A stretch of 64,000 nt of DNA from Bugula neritina (Eukaryota; Animalia; Bryozoa), in contig OZ037769.1 of assembly GCA_964035545.1 (NCBI GenBank), forward strand, positions 9,694,129 to 9,758,128, given 5' to 3'. The position numbers and the translations under genes were made by a program. The notes under the pieces are model-generated. The model was given only the letters and a program-made list of their open reading frames with translations. It did not search any database and was not told the DNA's origin. How positions within the stretch are numbered: position 1 is the first letter of the stretch; the number at the start of each line of letters is the position of its first letter. This document shows positions 1 through 15,700 of the stretch, in pieces.

Positions 1-2
1 TG

Positions 3-2603
3 GATGATCGACTGTTTAAGGGGTTAGGTTGCGTAAAGTCCGAGTACTCGATCACATTGAGACCTGATGCAAAACCGTTTGCCATCCACGTGCCCAGGCC
101 AATTCCATTTCCCCGGCGAAAAATGGCGGACGAGGCACTTAAACAAATGTTGGAAGATGGTGTGATTAAAAAGGTAGAAGAACCAACTCCATGGGTAGCC
201 CCAATGGTCGTAGTGCCCAAGTCAGATCAAAACAAAGTAAGAATTTGTACGGACTATACGGAACTCAATAAACATGTTGTCAGAGAAGTGCACCCTATGT
301 CCACAGTAGACAGCAGTCTAGCTGTATTGGGTCAAGGAAAAGTTTGGTCCAAAATTGACGCAAACAGTGGGTTTTGGCAGATACCCTTGTCTGAAGAATC
401 AAGCAAACTCACCACGTTCCTTACTCACTCCGGCAGATATCGGTACCTCAGGTTACCACAGGGTCTATGCAGTGCTCCGGAGATATTCCAGGCAGAGATG
501 AACAGAATACTGGAAGGGATAGGTGGAGTAATTATTCATATGGATGACATATTGGTGATTGGCAACACCCAAGAGGATCATGATGCTAGGCTAAAAAAGG
601 TCTTAGATCGAATCATGTGTGCAGGAATGACGCTAAATAAGTCGAAATGCAGATTTGGAGTCAATTCGGTAGAATTTTTAGGTCATGTGATAGATGAAAA
701 GGGAATCCATGCAGGCCCCCGGTTACAAGGAGTGTTGGTTTTTCCCACTCCAAAATCCGTCTCTGCAGTAAGAAGTTTTCTGGGGCTGGCCAACCAATAC
801 GCTAAATTCTCCGAATGCTTGTCAGAAAAAACTGCTTTGCTTCGCGCCTTGCTTAGAAAAGACACTCCTTGGGTTTGGTCACAGAAACACGATGAAACCT
901 TTCAGCAAGTAAAAGATCTCTTCAAAAGCACACCGGTGCTAGCTCCATATTCACCAGAAAGGCAGACAATAGTAACAACAGATGCTAGTAGACAAGGGCT
1001 TGGGGCTACACTTAGTCAGATTCAGCCTGACGGAACTCGCAGATTGGTAGCAGCAGCTAGTCGTTCTTTGACAGAGACGGAGCAGAGGTATGCTGCCATT
1101 GAGCTTGAAGGTCTTGGTGTTTGCTGGGCTATAGAACGATTCTCCCAGTACATCCTTGGAATGAAAAACGTTCTCATAGAGACTGATCATCGGCCTCTTG
1201 TGACCGTTTTTGGAAAAATGTTCCTGGATAGGTTACCACCTCGAATACAGGGATTTAAGCTTCGCCTACAACGTTTTAATTATAAAATTAGATATGTGAA
1301 AGGGTCAAGAAATGTATCAGCAGATGCTCTGTCTAGGAACACATGCGGCACACCAAAGGACATGGATTATATCAGAGTTGAAGAGATTGAACAACATGTA
1401 GAGAAGATGGTGGTACTAAATGGCTCTGACCAAAGGTTAGAAACTTTGCAGAAAGAACAACGCGAAGATTCTGTGCTCTCCAAAGTTATTAAGTTTGTAG
1501 AAACTGAGTGGCCTTCCTATCTCTCATCAGTCGATACATTGATCAAGCCGTATTATGACAGGAAATCGTTGCTCACTATGAATAAGGGATTCTTGATGCT
1601 AGCAAACAGACTGGTTATTCCTCTATCTCAGAGAGACCAGGTGATGCAGGATCTCCATCGAGGGCATCTCGGCATCAGTAAATGCTTATCCAGAGCAAGA
1701 AACAGCCTGTGGTGGCCGTCAATGTCTAAGGCTATTGAGGACATGATAAAGGGATGCGCAGAATGTCAATCGAACACTAAAATAACAAGAGAGCCTCTGA
1801 GACCTACTGCAGTGCCTACTAGGCCGTGGCAGATGCTGGGTACAGACCTTCTTCAGTACCAAGGCCAAATTTATTTGATAGTGATCGACTATTATTCCAG
1901 GTACCCTGAATTGGCACTTCTAGGTGCAGCTAATTTCACATCGGTGAGAGTCATAGCAATCATGAAGTCCATGTTTTCTAGGCATGGCATCCCAGAGTTG
2001 GTGGTATCTGATAATGGACCACAGTATGCCAGCCAGGAATTTGCTGCATTTGCGGAGGACTATGGGTTTCGGCACGTTACAAGCAGCCCACACTATCCTA
2101 GAGCAAACGGAGCAGCAGAACGTGCAGTGCAGAGTATTAAGAATATGTTAAAGAAGGAACAAGATCCATATTTGGCCTTGTTGGCTTATCGTTCTTCTCC
2201 AATATTCGGGATGTATTCTCCAGCAGAGCTCCTTATGGGGCGTAAACTACGCACAACGTTGGTAACACATCCAGATGATCTGTTACCAAAGCTACCAGAC
2301 CATGACAGCTTCAAGGTATCTAACAACCAGTACAAGTACAAAATGAAAGAGAGTCATGATAAGAACCCAAAGGTAAAATCCCTCAAGCCACTTGTAGAGG
2401 GAGAGCCGGTTCTTGTTAGAGATAACACCAGAGAAGGACTTACAAGTGGGCAACCAGATGAGACGTCACGCAAAGTCCAAATAGCTACAGAGACAGGACA
2501 TTTTGTTAGGAATAGGTCAGATGTGGTACCTTTGCCATCCCGTGTACCTAGGGAACCTAAGAGACCTATTCGGTTTAATGATTATGAATGTGTCTTTCGT
2601 TAA
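3..2603 (+). CDS. pol: Gypsy pol polyprotein (RT, RNase H, integrase), 5'-truncated by the window edge
   Basis: The frame is open from base 3 (DDRLFKGLGCVKSEYSITLRPDAKP...), so the TTG at 57 is not the real start. RT motifs: PWVAPMVVVPK, RICTDY, KIDANSGFWQIPL, YLRLPQG, HMDD (537-548). RNase H: DAS...LG, YAAIELE, TDH. Integrase: zinc finger H-x3-H...C-x2-C and core GTDL / SDNGPQY / ANGAAERAV. No stops or frameshifts. Confidence 0.97.
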   Translation, partial: DDRLFKGLGCVKSEYSITLRPDAKPFAIHVPRPIPFPRRKMADEALKQMLEDGVIKKVEEPTPWVAPMVVVPKSDQNKVRICTDYTELNKHVVREVHPMSTVDSSLAVLGQGKVWSKIDANSGFWQIPLSEESSKLTTFLTHSGRYRYLRLPQGLCSAPEIFQAEMNRILEGIGGVIIHMDDILVIGNTQEDHDARLKKVLDRIMCAGMTLNKSKCRFGVNSVEFLGHVIDEKGIHAGPRLQGVLVFPTPKSVSAVRSFLGLANQYAKFSECLSEKTALLRALLRKDTPWVWSQKHDETFQQVKDLFKSTPVLAPYSPERQTIVTTDASRQGLGATLSQIQPDGTRRLVAAASRSLTETEQRYAAIELEGLGVCWAIERFSQYILGMKNVLIETDHRPLVTVFGKMFLDRLPPRIQGFKLRLQRFNYKIRYVKGSRNVSADALSRNTCGTPKDMDYIRVEEIEQHVEKMVVLNGSDQRLETLQKEQREDSVLSKVIKFVETEWPSYLSSVDTLIKPYYDRKSLLTMNKGFLMLANRLVIPLSQRDQVMQDLHRGHLGISKCLSRARNSLWWPSMSKAIEDMIKGCAECQSNTKITREPLRPTAVPTRPWQMLGTDLLQYQGQIYLIVIDYYSRYPELALLGAANFTSVRVIAIMKSMFSRHGIPELVVSDNGPQYASQEFAAFAEDYGFRHVTSSPHYPRANGAAERAVQSIKNMLKKEQDPYLALLAYRSSPIFGMYSPAELLMGRKLRTTLVTHPDDLLPKLPDHDSFKVSNNQYKYKMKESHDKNPKVKSLKPLVEGEPVLVRDNTREGLTSGQPDETSRKVQIATETGHFVRNRSDVVPLPSRVPREPKRPIRFNDYECVFR

Positions 2604-2793
2604 AATGAGCAATAACTAAAAGATAACAATGATCATACAAATCGATCATAGACTCTTGCTAGATCATAGTTTGATCATCTTATTTGTATTAGTATATCGG
2701 GATGGGTTTTTATATTATGGCCTACTTATGTTGTTATATTTGAATTAAAAATCTATGTGGTTTTGATTTGTGTAATCTTTCACGAAAACACTC

Positions 2794-2802
2794 GAAGAGG
2801 GA
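2794..2802 (+). other. Polypurine tract (plus-strand primer)
   Basis: GAAGAGGGA immediately before the TGTTG LTR start. Confidence 0.8.
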
Positions 2803-3002
2803 TGTTGTAATGTTATGTAATTTGCAGTTGTCTTCTCTTATTATAATTACATGTTATATACTTTGTAATTGTGTTCTCCTGTTCTTTATATCAACGATTC
2901 ACTATAAATCAGTTTTTACGGTTATGGGTTTTACGCGCTAGATGTACTAAATAAATATTAAGAATAATAAACAATTCTATTCAGTTATAAACAGATTCAA
3001 CA
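2803..3002 (+). repeat. 3' LTR (~200 bp) of the Gypsy element
   Basis: Starts TGTTG after the PPT and ends CAACA (5-bp terminal inverted repeat). TATAAA at 2903-2908; AATAAA at 2950-2955 and 2966-2971. The 5' LTR is outside the window, so it cannot be compared. Confidence 0.8.
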
Positions 3003-4299
3003 TTAGCATAAACCAATGTAATATACTAAAACAAATGAAATATGCTGTAGCATACTGAAATACACTGCAACGCATTGGAGTATACTGTACTATACAGAAA
3101 TGTACTGTAACATACTGAAACATATGTTAACATACTGAAATGTACTGCAACATGCTGAAATACACTGCAACACATTGAAATATACTGCAACATACCGAAA
3201 TATATGGTAACCTACTGAAATACGTTGCAAACCACTGAAACATATTGCGATATACTGCAACAAAATAAAATATACTGTAACACACTAAACGATACTGCAA
3301 AATGCTGAAATATACTGTAACATACTGAAACATACTGCAACATACTGAACTATACTGCAACATACTGAACTATACTGCAACATACTGAAATATACTGCAA
3401 GTTACGGCAGCATACTGAATTACACTGTAACGTACTGAAATACACTGTAACATATTGAAATACACTGCAACACATTGAAATATACTGCAACACACTGAAA
3501 CATACGGCAACATACTGAAATAGACTGCGAGATATTGAAATATACTGCAACATAGTGAAATATGCTGTAGCATACTGAAATACACTGCAACACACTGGAG
3601 TATACTGTACTATACAGAAATGTACTGTAACATACTGAAACATACTGCAACATACCGAACTATACTGCAACATACTGAAATATACTGCAAGATACGGCAG
3701 CATACTGAAATACACTGTAACGTACTGAAATACACTGTAACATATTGAAATACACTGCAACACATTGAAATATACTGCAACATACCGAAATATATGGTAA
3801 CCTACTGAAATATGTTGCAAACCACTGAAACATACTGCGATATACTGCAACAAAATAAAATATACTGTAACACACTAAACGATACTGCAAAATGCTGAAA
3901 TATACTGTAACATACTAAAACATACTGCAACATTCTGAAATATACTGCAACATATCGAAGCATATAGTAATATACGAACATGTAGTGTAACACACTGAAA
4001 CATACTGAAACATCCTGAAACATACTGTAATATACTAGAACATACCAAAACATACTGTAACATAAAGAAATATACTGTAACACACTGAAATATATGGCAA
4101 AATACTGGATTATGTTGTAACATACTGAAACATTCTATAACATATTGGAATATACTGCAACATACCGAAAAATACTGCAACATACTGCAACATACTGAAA
4201 TACACTGTAAAATATTGAATAACACTGCAACACATTGGAGTAAGCTGCAACATACCTAGACATACGGTATTATACTGAAAGATACTGTAACACATTGAA

Positions 4300-7200
4300 A
4301 CACACTGCAACATACTGAAATATACTGCAACATACTGCAACATACTGCAACATACTGAAATACACTGTAACATACTGAAATACACTGCAACACACTGAAG
4401 TATACTGTAATATATAGAAATGTACTGTAACATACTGCAACATACGAAAAGATATTGAAATTTACTGCAACATACTAAAATATATGGTAACCTACTGAAA
4501 AATGTGGCAAACTAATGAAATATACTGCAACATACTGCAAGATAATGAAATATACTGAAACACACTGTAACATACTGAAGTATACTGTAATATACAGAAA
4601 TGTACTGTAACATACTGAAACATACGTCAACATATTGAAATTTACTGCAGCATACTGAAATATACTGCAAGATACTGCAACACACTGAAATACCTTGTAA
4701 GGTTCTGAAATGCAGTGCAACATACTGCAACATACTGCAACATACTGCAACATACTGAAATATATGGTAACCTACTGAAACATACTGAATTACACTGTAA
4801 CATACTGAAATACACTGCAACATCCTGCAACATACTGAAATACACTGTAACATACTGAAATACTTTGCAACACATTGGAATGTACTGCAACATAATGAAA
4901 TATATGATAACCTACTGAAATATGTTGCAAACTACTGAGATATACTGCAACATCCTTCAACATAATAAAATATATTGTAACACAGTGAAATATACTGCAA
5001 AATTTTGAAATATACTGTAACATACTGAAACATACGCAACATACTGAAATATACTGCAGCATACTGAAATATAATGCAAGATACTGCAACATACTGAAAT
5101 ACACTGTAACATACCGAAATACACTGCAACATATTCAAATACACTGTAATATTTTGAAATACACTGCAACACATTGAAAAATACTGCAACATACTGAAGT
5201 ATACTGCGAGACATTGAAATATACTGCCACATAATGAAATATGCTGTAGCATACTGAAATACACTGCAACACATTGGAGTATACTGTACTATACAGAAAT
5301 GTACTGTAACATACTGAAACATACGTCAACATACTGAAATGCACTGCAACATGCTGAAATACACTGCAACACATTGAAATATACTGCAACATACCGAAAT
5401 ATATGGTAACCTACTGAAATACGTTGCAAACCACTGAAACATATTGCGATATACTGCAACAAAATAAAATATACTGTAACACACTAAACGATACTGCAAA
5501 ATGCTGAAATATACTGTAACATACTGAAACATACTGCAACATACTGAACTATACTGCAACATACTGAAATATACTGCAAGATACGGCAGCATACTGAAAT
5601 ACACTGTAACATACTGAAATACACTGTAACGTATTGAAATACACTGCAACACATTGAAATATACTGCAACATACCGAAATATGTGGTAACCTACTGAAAT
5701 ATGTTGCAAACCACTGAAACATACTGCGATATACTGCAACAAAATAAAATATACTGTAACACACTAAACGATACTGCAAAATGCTGAATTATACTGTAAC
5801 ATACTAAAACATACTGCAACATTCTGAAATATACTGCAACACATCGAAGTATATAGTAATATACGAACATGTACTGTAACATACCGAAACATACTGAAAT
5901 ATCCTGAAACATACTGAAATATACTAGAACATACCGAAACATACTGAAACATCCTGAAACATACTGTAATATACTAAAACATACTGAAACATACTGTAAC
6001 ATAAAGAAATATACTGTAACACACTGAAATATACGGCAAAATACTGGATTATGTTGTAACATACTGAAACATTCTATAACATATTGGAATATACTGCAAC
6101 ATACCGAAAAATACTGCAACATACTGCAACATACTGAAATACACTGTAAAATATTGAATAACACTGCAACACATTGGAGTAAGCTGCAACATACCTAGAC
6201 ATACGGTATTATACTGAAAGATACTGTAACACATTGAAACACACTGCAACATACTGAAATATGCTGTAGCATGCTGAAAGACACTACAACTCACTGATGT
6301 ATAGTGTACTATTCGGAAATGTACTGTAACATACTGATATTTACTGTAACACACTGAAATATACTGCAAAATACTGAAATACACTGTAACATACTGAAAT
6401 ATACTGCAACATACTGCAACATACTGCAACATACTGAAATACACTGTAACATACTGAAATACACTGCAACACACTGAAGTATACTGTAATATATAGAAAT
6501 GTACTGTAACATACTGCAACATACGAAAAGATATTGAAATTTACTGCAACATACTAAAATATATGGTAACCTACTGAAAAATGTGGCAAACTAATGAAAT
6601 ATACTGCAACATACTGCAAGATAATGAAATATACTGAAACACACTGTAACATACTGAAGTATACTGTAATATACAGAAATGTACTGTAACATACTGAAAC
6701 ATACGTCAACATATTGAAATTTACTGCAACATACTGAAATATACTGCAAGATACTGCAACACACTGAAATACCTTGTAAGGTTCTGAAATGCAGTGCAAC
6801 ATACTGCAACATACTGCAACATACTGCAACATACTGAAATATATGGTAACCTACTGAAACATACTGAATTACACTGTAACATACTGAAATACACTGCAAC
6901 ATCCTGCAACATACTGAAATACACTGTAACATACTGAAATACTTTGCAACACATTGGAATGTACTGCAACATAATGAAATATATGATAACCTACTGAAAT
7001 ATGTTGCAAACTACTGAGATATACTGCAACATCCTTCAACATAATAAAATATATTGTAACACAGTGAAATATACTGCAAAATTTTGAAATATACTGTAAC
7101 ATACTGAAACATACGCAACATACTGAAATATACTGCAGCATACTGAAATATAATGCAAGATACTGCAACATACTGAAATACACTGTAACATACCGAAATA

Positions 7201-8120
7201 CACTGCAACATATTCAAATACACTGTAATATTTTGAAATACACTGCAACACATTGAAAAATACTGCAACATACTGAAGTATACTGCGAGACATTGAAATA
7301 TACTGCCACATAATGAAATATGCTGTAGCATACTGAAATACACTGCAACACATTGGAGTATACTGTACTATACAGAAATGTACTGTAACATACTGAAACA
7401 TACGTCAACATACTGAAATGTACTGCAACATGCTGAAATACACTGCAACACATTGAAATATACTGCAACATACCGAAATATATGGTAACCTACTGAAATA
7501 CGTTGCAAACCACTGAAACATATTGCGATATACTGCAACAAAATAAAATATACTGTAACACACTAAACGATACTGCAAAATGCTGAAATATACTGTAACA
7601 TACTGAAACATACTGCAACATACTGAACTATACTGCAACATACTGAAATATACTGCAAGATACGGCAGCATACTGAAATACACTGTAACATACTGAAATA
7701 CACTGTAACGTATTGAAATACACTGCAACACATTGAAATATACTGCAACATACCGAAATATGTGGTAACCTACTGAAATATGTTGCAAACCACTGAAACA
7801 TACTGCGATATACTGCAACAAAATAAAATATACTGTAACACACTAAACGATACTGCAAAATGCTGAATTATACTGTAACATACTAAAACATACTGCAACA
7901 TTCTGAAATATACTGCAACATATCGAAGTATATAGTAATATACGAACATGTACTGTAACATACCGAAACATACTGAAATATCCTGAAACATACTGAAATA
8001 TACTAGAACATACCGAAACATACTGAAACATCCTGAAACATACTGTAATATACTAGAACATACTGAAACATACTGTAACATAAAGAAATATACTGTAACA
8101 CACTGAAATATACGGCAAAA
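4300..8120. repeat. Higher-order tandem duplication, 2079-bp period (boundaries approximate)
   Basis: Landmark CATACGAAAAGA at 4441 and 6520; ORF-track pairs 4475/6554, 4790/6869 and 5326/7405 are all offset by 2079. Confidence 0.9.
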
Positions 8121-11100
8121 TACCTGATTATGTTGTAACATACTGAAACATTCTGTAACATATTGAAATATACTGCAACATACTGAAAAATACTGCAACG
8201 TACTGCAACATAATGAAATAGACTGTAACATATTGAAATACACTGCAACACATTGGAGTAAGCTGCAACATACCTATATATACGGTAATATACTGAATGA
8301 TACTGTAACACAATAAAACATACCGCATTATAGTGAAATACTCTGCAACACACTGAAGTATACTGTAATATACAGAATAATACTGCAACATACTGAAAAA
8401 TACTGAAACATACTGCAACATACTGAAATACACTGTAACATATTGAAATACACTGCAACACACTGGAGTATACTGTAATATACAGTAATGTACTGTAAAA
8501 TATTGAAACATACTGAAACATACTGCAACGTACTGAAACACACTGAAACATACTGAAATATACCGCAACAAACCGAAATATTCGGTAACATACTGAAATA
8601 GGTTGCAAACTACTAAAACATAATGCAACATACTGCAACATATTGAAATACACTGCAACACATTGAATTATACTGCGTCACACTGAAAGTTACTGCAACA
8701 TACTGCAACATACTGAAATACACTGCAACATACTGAAATACACTGCAATAGATTGAAGAATACTCCAACATACTGAAATATGCTGTAGCATGCTGAAAGA
8801 CACTACAACTCACTGATGTATGGTGTACTATTCAGAAATGTACTGTAACATACTGATATTTACTGTAACACACTGAAACATACTGCAAAATACTGAAATA
8901 CACTGTAACATACTGAAATATACTGCAACATACTGCAACATACTGAAATACACTGTAACATACTGAAATACACTGCAACATACCGCAACACACTGCAACA
9001 TACTGAAATACTTTGAAACATATTGAAATACACTGCAACGCATTGAAATATACAGCAACATACCGGAATATATGGTTTCGTACTGAAAAAAACTGTAGCA
9101 CATTGAAACATACCGCATTATAGTGAAATACTCTGCAACACACTGTAGTATACTGTAATATACAGAAATGTACTGTGAAATACTGAAACATACAACAACA
9201 TACTGAAATATACTGCAACATATTAAATTACACATACTGAATTATAATTCAACATAGTGATAGGTTTCTAAAAATATTGAAACATACTGAAATACACTGT
9301 AAGATATTGAAATACACTGCAACACATGGGAATATACTGCAAAATATCGAAAAACATGGTAACCTACTGAAATATGTTGCAAACTACTGAGATATATTGC
9401 AACATACTTCAACATAATAAAATATACTGTAGCACAGTGAAATATACTGCAAAATTTTGAAATATACTGTAACATACTGAAACCTACGCAACATACTGAA
9501 ATATACTGCAGCATACTGAAATACACTGTAACATATTGAAATACTCTGCAACACACTGAAGTATACTGTAATATACAGAAATGTACTGTAAAATACTGAA
9601 ACATACTGAAACACACTACAACATACTGAAACATACTGAAACATACCGCAACAAACCGAAATATTCGGTAACATACTGAAAGAGGTTGCAAACTACTTTA
9701 AATACAATGCAACATACTGTAACATATTGAAATACACTGCAACACAATGAATTATAATGCGACACACTGAAAGTTACAGCAACACACTGCAACATACTGA
9801 AACACACTGCAACATACTGAAATACACTGTAACACATTGGAATATACTGCAACATACCTAAATATACAGTAAATTACTGAAATATACTTGAACACATTGA
9901 AAAATACTCCAACATACTGAAATATGCCGTAGCTTGCTGAAAGACACTACAACTCACTGATGTATGGTGCACTATTCAGAAATGTACTGTAACATACGGA
10001 TATTTACTGTAACACACTGAAACATACTGCAAAATACTGAAATACACTGTAACATACTGAAACATACGTCAACATACTGAAATGCACTGCAACATGCTGA
10101 AATACACTGCAACACATTGAAATATACTGCAACATACCGAAATATATGGTAACCTACTGACATACGTTGCAAACCACTGAAACATATTGCGATATACTGC
10201 AACAAAATAAAATATACTGTAACACACTAAACGATACTGCAAAATGCTGAAACATACTGTAACATACTGAAACATACTGCAACATACTGAACTATACTGC
10301 AACATACTGAAATATACTGCAAGATACGGCAGCATACTGAAATACACTGTAACATACTGAAATACACTGTAACGTATTGAAATACACTGCAACACATTGA
10401 AATATACTGCAACATACCGAAATACGTGGTAACCTACTGAAATATGTTGCAAACCACTGAAACATACTGCGATATACTGCAACAAAATAAAATATACTGT
10501 AACACACTAAACGATACTGCAAAATGCTGAATTATACTGTAACATACTAAAACATACTGCAACATTCTGAAATATACTGCAACACATCGAAGTATATAGT
10601 AATATATGAACATGTACTGTAACATACCGAAACATACTGAAATATCCTGAAACATACTGTAATATACTAGAACATACTGAAACATACTGTAACATAAAGA
10701 AATATACTGTAACACACTGAAATATACGGCAAAATACCTGATTATGTTGTAACATACTGAAACATTCTGTAACATATTGAAATATACTGCAACATACTGA
10801 AAAATACTGCAACGTACTGCAACATACTGAAATAGACTGTAACATATTGAAATACACTGCAACACATTGGAGTAAGCTGCAACATACCTATATATACGGT
10901 AATATACTGAATGATACTGTAACACAATAAAACATACCGCATTATAGTGAAATATTCTGCAACACACTGAAGTATACTGTAATATACAGAATAATACTGC
11001 AACATACTGAAAAATACTGCAACATACTGCAACAAACTGAAATACACTGTAACATATTAAAATACACTGCAACACACTGAAGTATACTGTAATATACAGT

Positions 11101-12799
11101 AATGTACTGTAAAATATTGAAACATACTGAAACATACTGCAACATACTGAAACATACTGAAACATACCGCAACAAACCGAAATATTCGGTAACATACTGA
11201 AATAGGTTGCAAACTACTAAAACATAATGCAACATACTGCAACATATTGAAATACACTGCAACACATTGAATTATACTGCGACACACTGAAAGTTACTGC
11301 AACATACTGCAACATACTGAAATACACTGCAACATACTGAAATACACTGCAACACATTGAAGAATACTCCAACATACTGAAATATGCTGTAGCATGCTGA
11401 AAGACACTACAACTCACTGATGTATGGTGTACTATTCAGAAATGTACTGTAACATACTGATATTTACTGTAACACACTGAAACATACTGCAAAATACTGA
11501 AATACACTGTAACATACTGAAATATACTGCAACATACTGCAACATACTGAAATACACTGTAACATACTGAAATACACTGCAACATACCGCAACACACTGC
11601 AACATACTGAAATACTTTGTAACATATTGAAATACACTGCAACGCATTGAAATATACAGCAACATAGCGGAATATATGGTTTCGTACTGAAAAAATTGTA
11701 GCACATTGAAACATACCGCATTATAGTGAAATACTCTGCAACACACTGTAGCATACTGTAATATACAGAAATGTACTGTGAAATACTGAAACATACAACA
11801 ACATACTGAAATATACTGCAACATATTAAATTACACATACTGAATTATAATTCAACATAGTGATAGGTTTCTAAAAATATTGAAACATACTGAAATACAC
11901 TGTAAGATATTGAAATACACTGCAACACATGGGAATATACTGCAAAATATCGAAAAACATGGTAACCTACTGAAATATGTTGCAAACTACTGAGATATAC
12001 TGCAACATACTTCAACATAATAAAATATACTGTAACACACTAAACGATACTGCAAAATTCTGAAATATACTGTAATATACTAAAACATACTGCAACATTC
12101 TGAAATATACTGCAACATATCGAAGTATATAGTAATATACGAACATGTAGTGTAACACACTGAAACATACTGAAACATCCTGAAACATACTGTAATATAC
12201 TAGAACATACCAAAACATACTGTAACATAAAGAAATATACTGTAACACACTGAAATATACGGCAAAATACTGGATTATGTTGTAACATACTGAAACATTC
12301 TATAACATATTGGAATATACTGCAACATACCGAAAAATACTGCAACATACTGCAACATACTGAAATACACTGTAACATACTGAAATACTTTGCAACACAT
12401 TGGAATGTACTGCAACATATTGAAATATATGATAACCTACTGAAATATGTTGCAAACTACTGAGATATACTGCAACATCCTTCAACATAATAAAATATAT
12501 TGTAACACAGTGAAATATACTGCAAAATTTTGAAATATACTGTAACATACTGAAACATACGCAACATACTGAAATATACTGCAGCATACTGAAATATAAT
12601 GCAAGATACTGCAACATACTGAAATACACTGTAACATACCGAAATACACTGCAACATATTCAAATACACTGTAATATTTTGAAATACACTGCAACACATT
12701 GAAAAATACTGCAACATACTGAAGTATACTGCGAGACATTGAAATATACTGCCACATAATGAAATATGCTGTAGCATACTGAAATACACTGCAACACAT

Positions 12800-15700
12800 T
12801 GGAGTATACTGTACTATACAGAAATGTACTGTAACATACTGAAACATACGTCAACATACTGAAATGCACTGCAACATGCTGAAATACACTGCAACACATT
12901 GAAATATACTGCAACATACCGAAATATATGGTAACCTACTGAAATACGTTGCAAACCACTGAAACATATTGCGATATACTGCAACAAAATAAAATATACT
13001 GTAACACACTAAAATATACTGCAAAATGCTGAAATATACTGTAACATACTGAAACATACTGCAACATACTGAACTATATTGCAACATACTGAAATATACT
13101 GCAAGATACGGCAGCATACTGAAATACACTGTAACATACTGAAATACACTGTAACGTATTGAAATACACTGCAACACATTGAAATATACTGCAACATACC
13201 GAAATATGTGGTAACCTACTGAAATATGTTGCAAACCACTGAAACATACTGCGATATACTGCAACAAAATAAAATATACTGTAACACACTAAACGATACT
13301 GCAAAATGCTGAATTATACTGTAACATACTAAAACATACTGCAACATTCTGAAATATACTGCAACACATCGAAGTATATAGTAATATACGAACATGTACT
13401 GTAACATACCGAAACATACTGAAATATCCTGAAACATACTGAAATATACTAGAACATACCGAAACATACTGAAACATCCTGAAACATACTGTAATATACT
13501 AGAACATACTGAAACATACTGTAACATAAAGAAATATACTGTAACACACTGAAATATACGGCAAAATACCTGATTATGTTGTAACATACTGAAACATTCT
13601 GTAACATATTGAAATATACTGCAACATACTGAAAAATACTGCAACGTACTGCAACATACTGAAATAGACTGTAACATATTGAAATACACTGCAACACATT
13701 GGAGTAAGCTGCAACATACCTATATATACGGTAATATACTGAATGATACTGTAACACAATAAAACATACCGCATTATAGTGAAATATTCTGCAACACACT
13801 GAAGTATACTGTAATATACAGAATAATACTGCAACATACTGAAAAATACTGCAACATACTGCAACAAACTGAAATACACTGTAACATATTAAAATACACT
13901 GCAACACACTGAAGTATACTGTAATATACAGTAATGTACTGTAAAATATTGAAACATACTGAAACATACTGCAACATACTGAAACATACTGAAACATACT
14001 GAAACATACCGCAACAAACCGAAATATTCGGTAACATACTGAAATAGGTTGCAAACTACTAAAACATAATGCAACATACTGCAACATATTGAAATACACT
14101 GCAACACATTGAATTATACTGCGACACACTGAAAGTTACTGCAACATACTGCAACATACTGAAATACACTGCAACATACTGAAATACACTGCAACACATT
14201 GAAGAATACTCCAACATACTGAAATATGCTGTAGCATGCTGAAAGACACTACAACTCACTGATGTATGGTGTACTATTCAGAAATGTACTGTAACATACT
14301 GATATTTACTGTAACACACTGAAACATACTGCAAAATACTGAAATACACTGTAACATACTGAAATATACTGCAACATACTGCAACATACTGAAATACACT
14401 GTAACATACTGAAATACACTGCAACATACCGCAACACACTGCAACATACTGAAATACTTTGTAACATATTGAAATACACTGCAACGCATTGAAATATACA
14501 GCAACATAGCGGAATATATGGTTTCGTACTGAAAAAAATTGTAGCACATTGAAACATACCGCATTATAGTGAAATACTCTGCAACACACTGTAGCATACT
14601 GTAATATACAGAAATGTACTGTGAAATACTGAAACATACAACAACATACTGAAATATACTGCAACATATTAAATTACACATACAGAATTATAATTCAACA
14701 TAGTGAGAGGTTTCTAAAAATATTGAAACATACTGAAATACACTGTAAGATATTGAAATACACTGCAACACATGGGAATATACTGCAAAATATCGAAAAA
14801 CATGGTAACCTACTGAAATATGTTGCAAACTACTGAGATATACTGCAACATACTTCAACATAATAAAATATACTGTAACACACTAAACGATACTGCAAAA
14901 TTCTGAAATATACTGTAATATACTAAAACATACTGCAACATTCTGAAATATACTGCAACATATCGAAGTATATAGTAACATACGAACATGTAGTGTAACA
15001 CACTGAAACATACTGAAACATCCTGAAACATACTGTAATATACTAGAACATACCAAAACATACTGTAACATAAAGAAATATACTGTAACACACTGAAATA
15101 TACGGCAAAATACTGGATTATGTTGTAACATACTGAAACATTCTATAACATATTGGAATATACTGCAACATACCGAAAAATACTGCAACATACTGCAACA
15201 TACTGAAATACACTGTAAAATATTGAATAACACTGCAACACATTGGAGTAAGCTGCAACATACCTAGACATACGGTATTATACTGAAAGATACTGTAACA
15301 CATTGAAACACACTGCAACATACTGAAATATGCTGTAGCATGCTGAAAGACACTACAACTCACTGATGTATAGTGTACTATTCGGAAATGTACTGTAACA
15401 CACTGATATTTACTGTAACACACTGAAATATACTGCAAAATACTGAAATACACTGTAACATACTGAAATATACTGCAACATACTGCAACATACTGCAACA
15501 TACTGAAATACACTGTAACATACTGAAATACACTGCAACACACTGAAGTATACTGTAATATATAGAAATTGACTGTAACATACTGCAACATACGAAAAGA
15601 TATTGAAATTTACTGCAACATACTAAAATATATGGTAACCTACTGAAAAATGTGGCAAACTAATGAAATATACTGCAACATACTGCAAGATAATGAAATA

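Larger units (their letters stand above)
1..3002 (+). mobile_element. Ty3/Gypsy LTR retrotransposon (Mag-like), 5' part outside the window
   Basis: pol domain order RT-RNaseH-IN, followed by a 3' UTR, purine tract and TGTTG...CAACA LTR. Confidence 0.95.

Noticed and set aside
683-1190. Short antisense ORFs (60 and 79 aa) within pol
   Set aside because: Shadow ORFs of the pol frame with no motifs.
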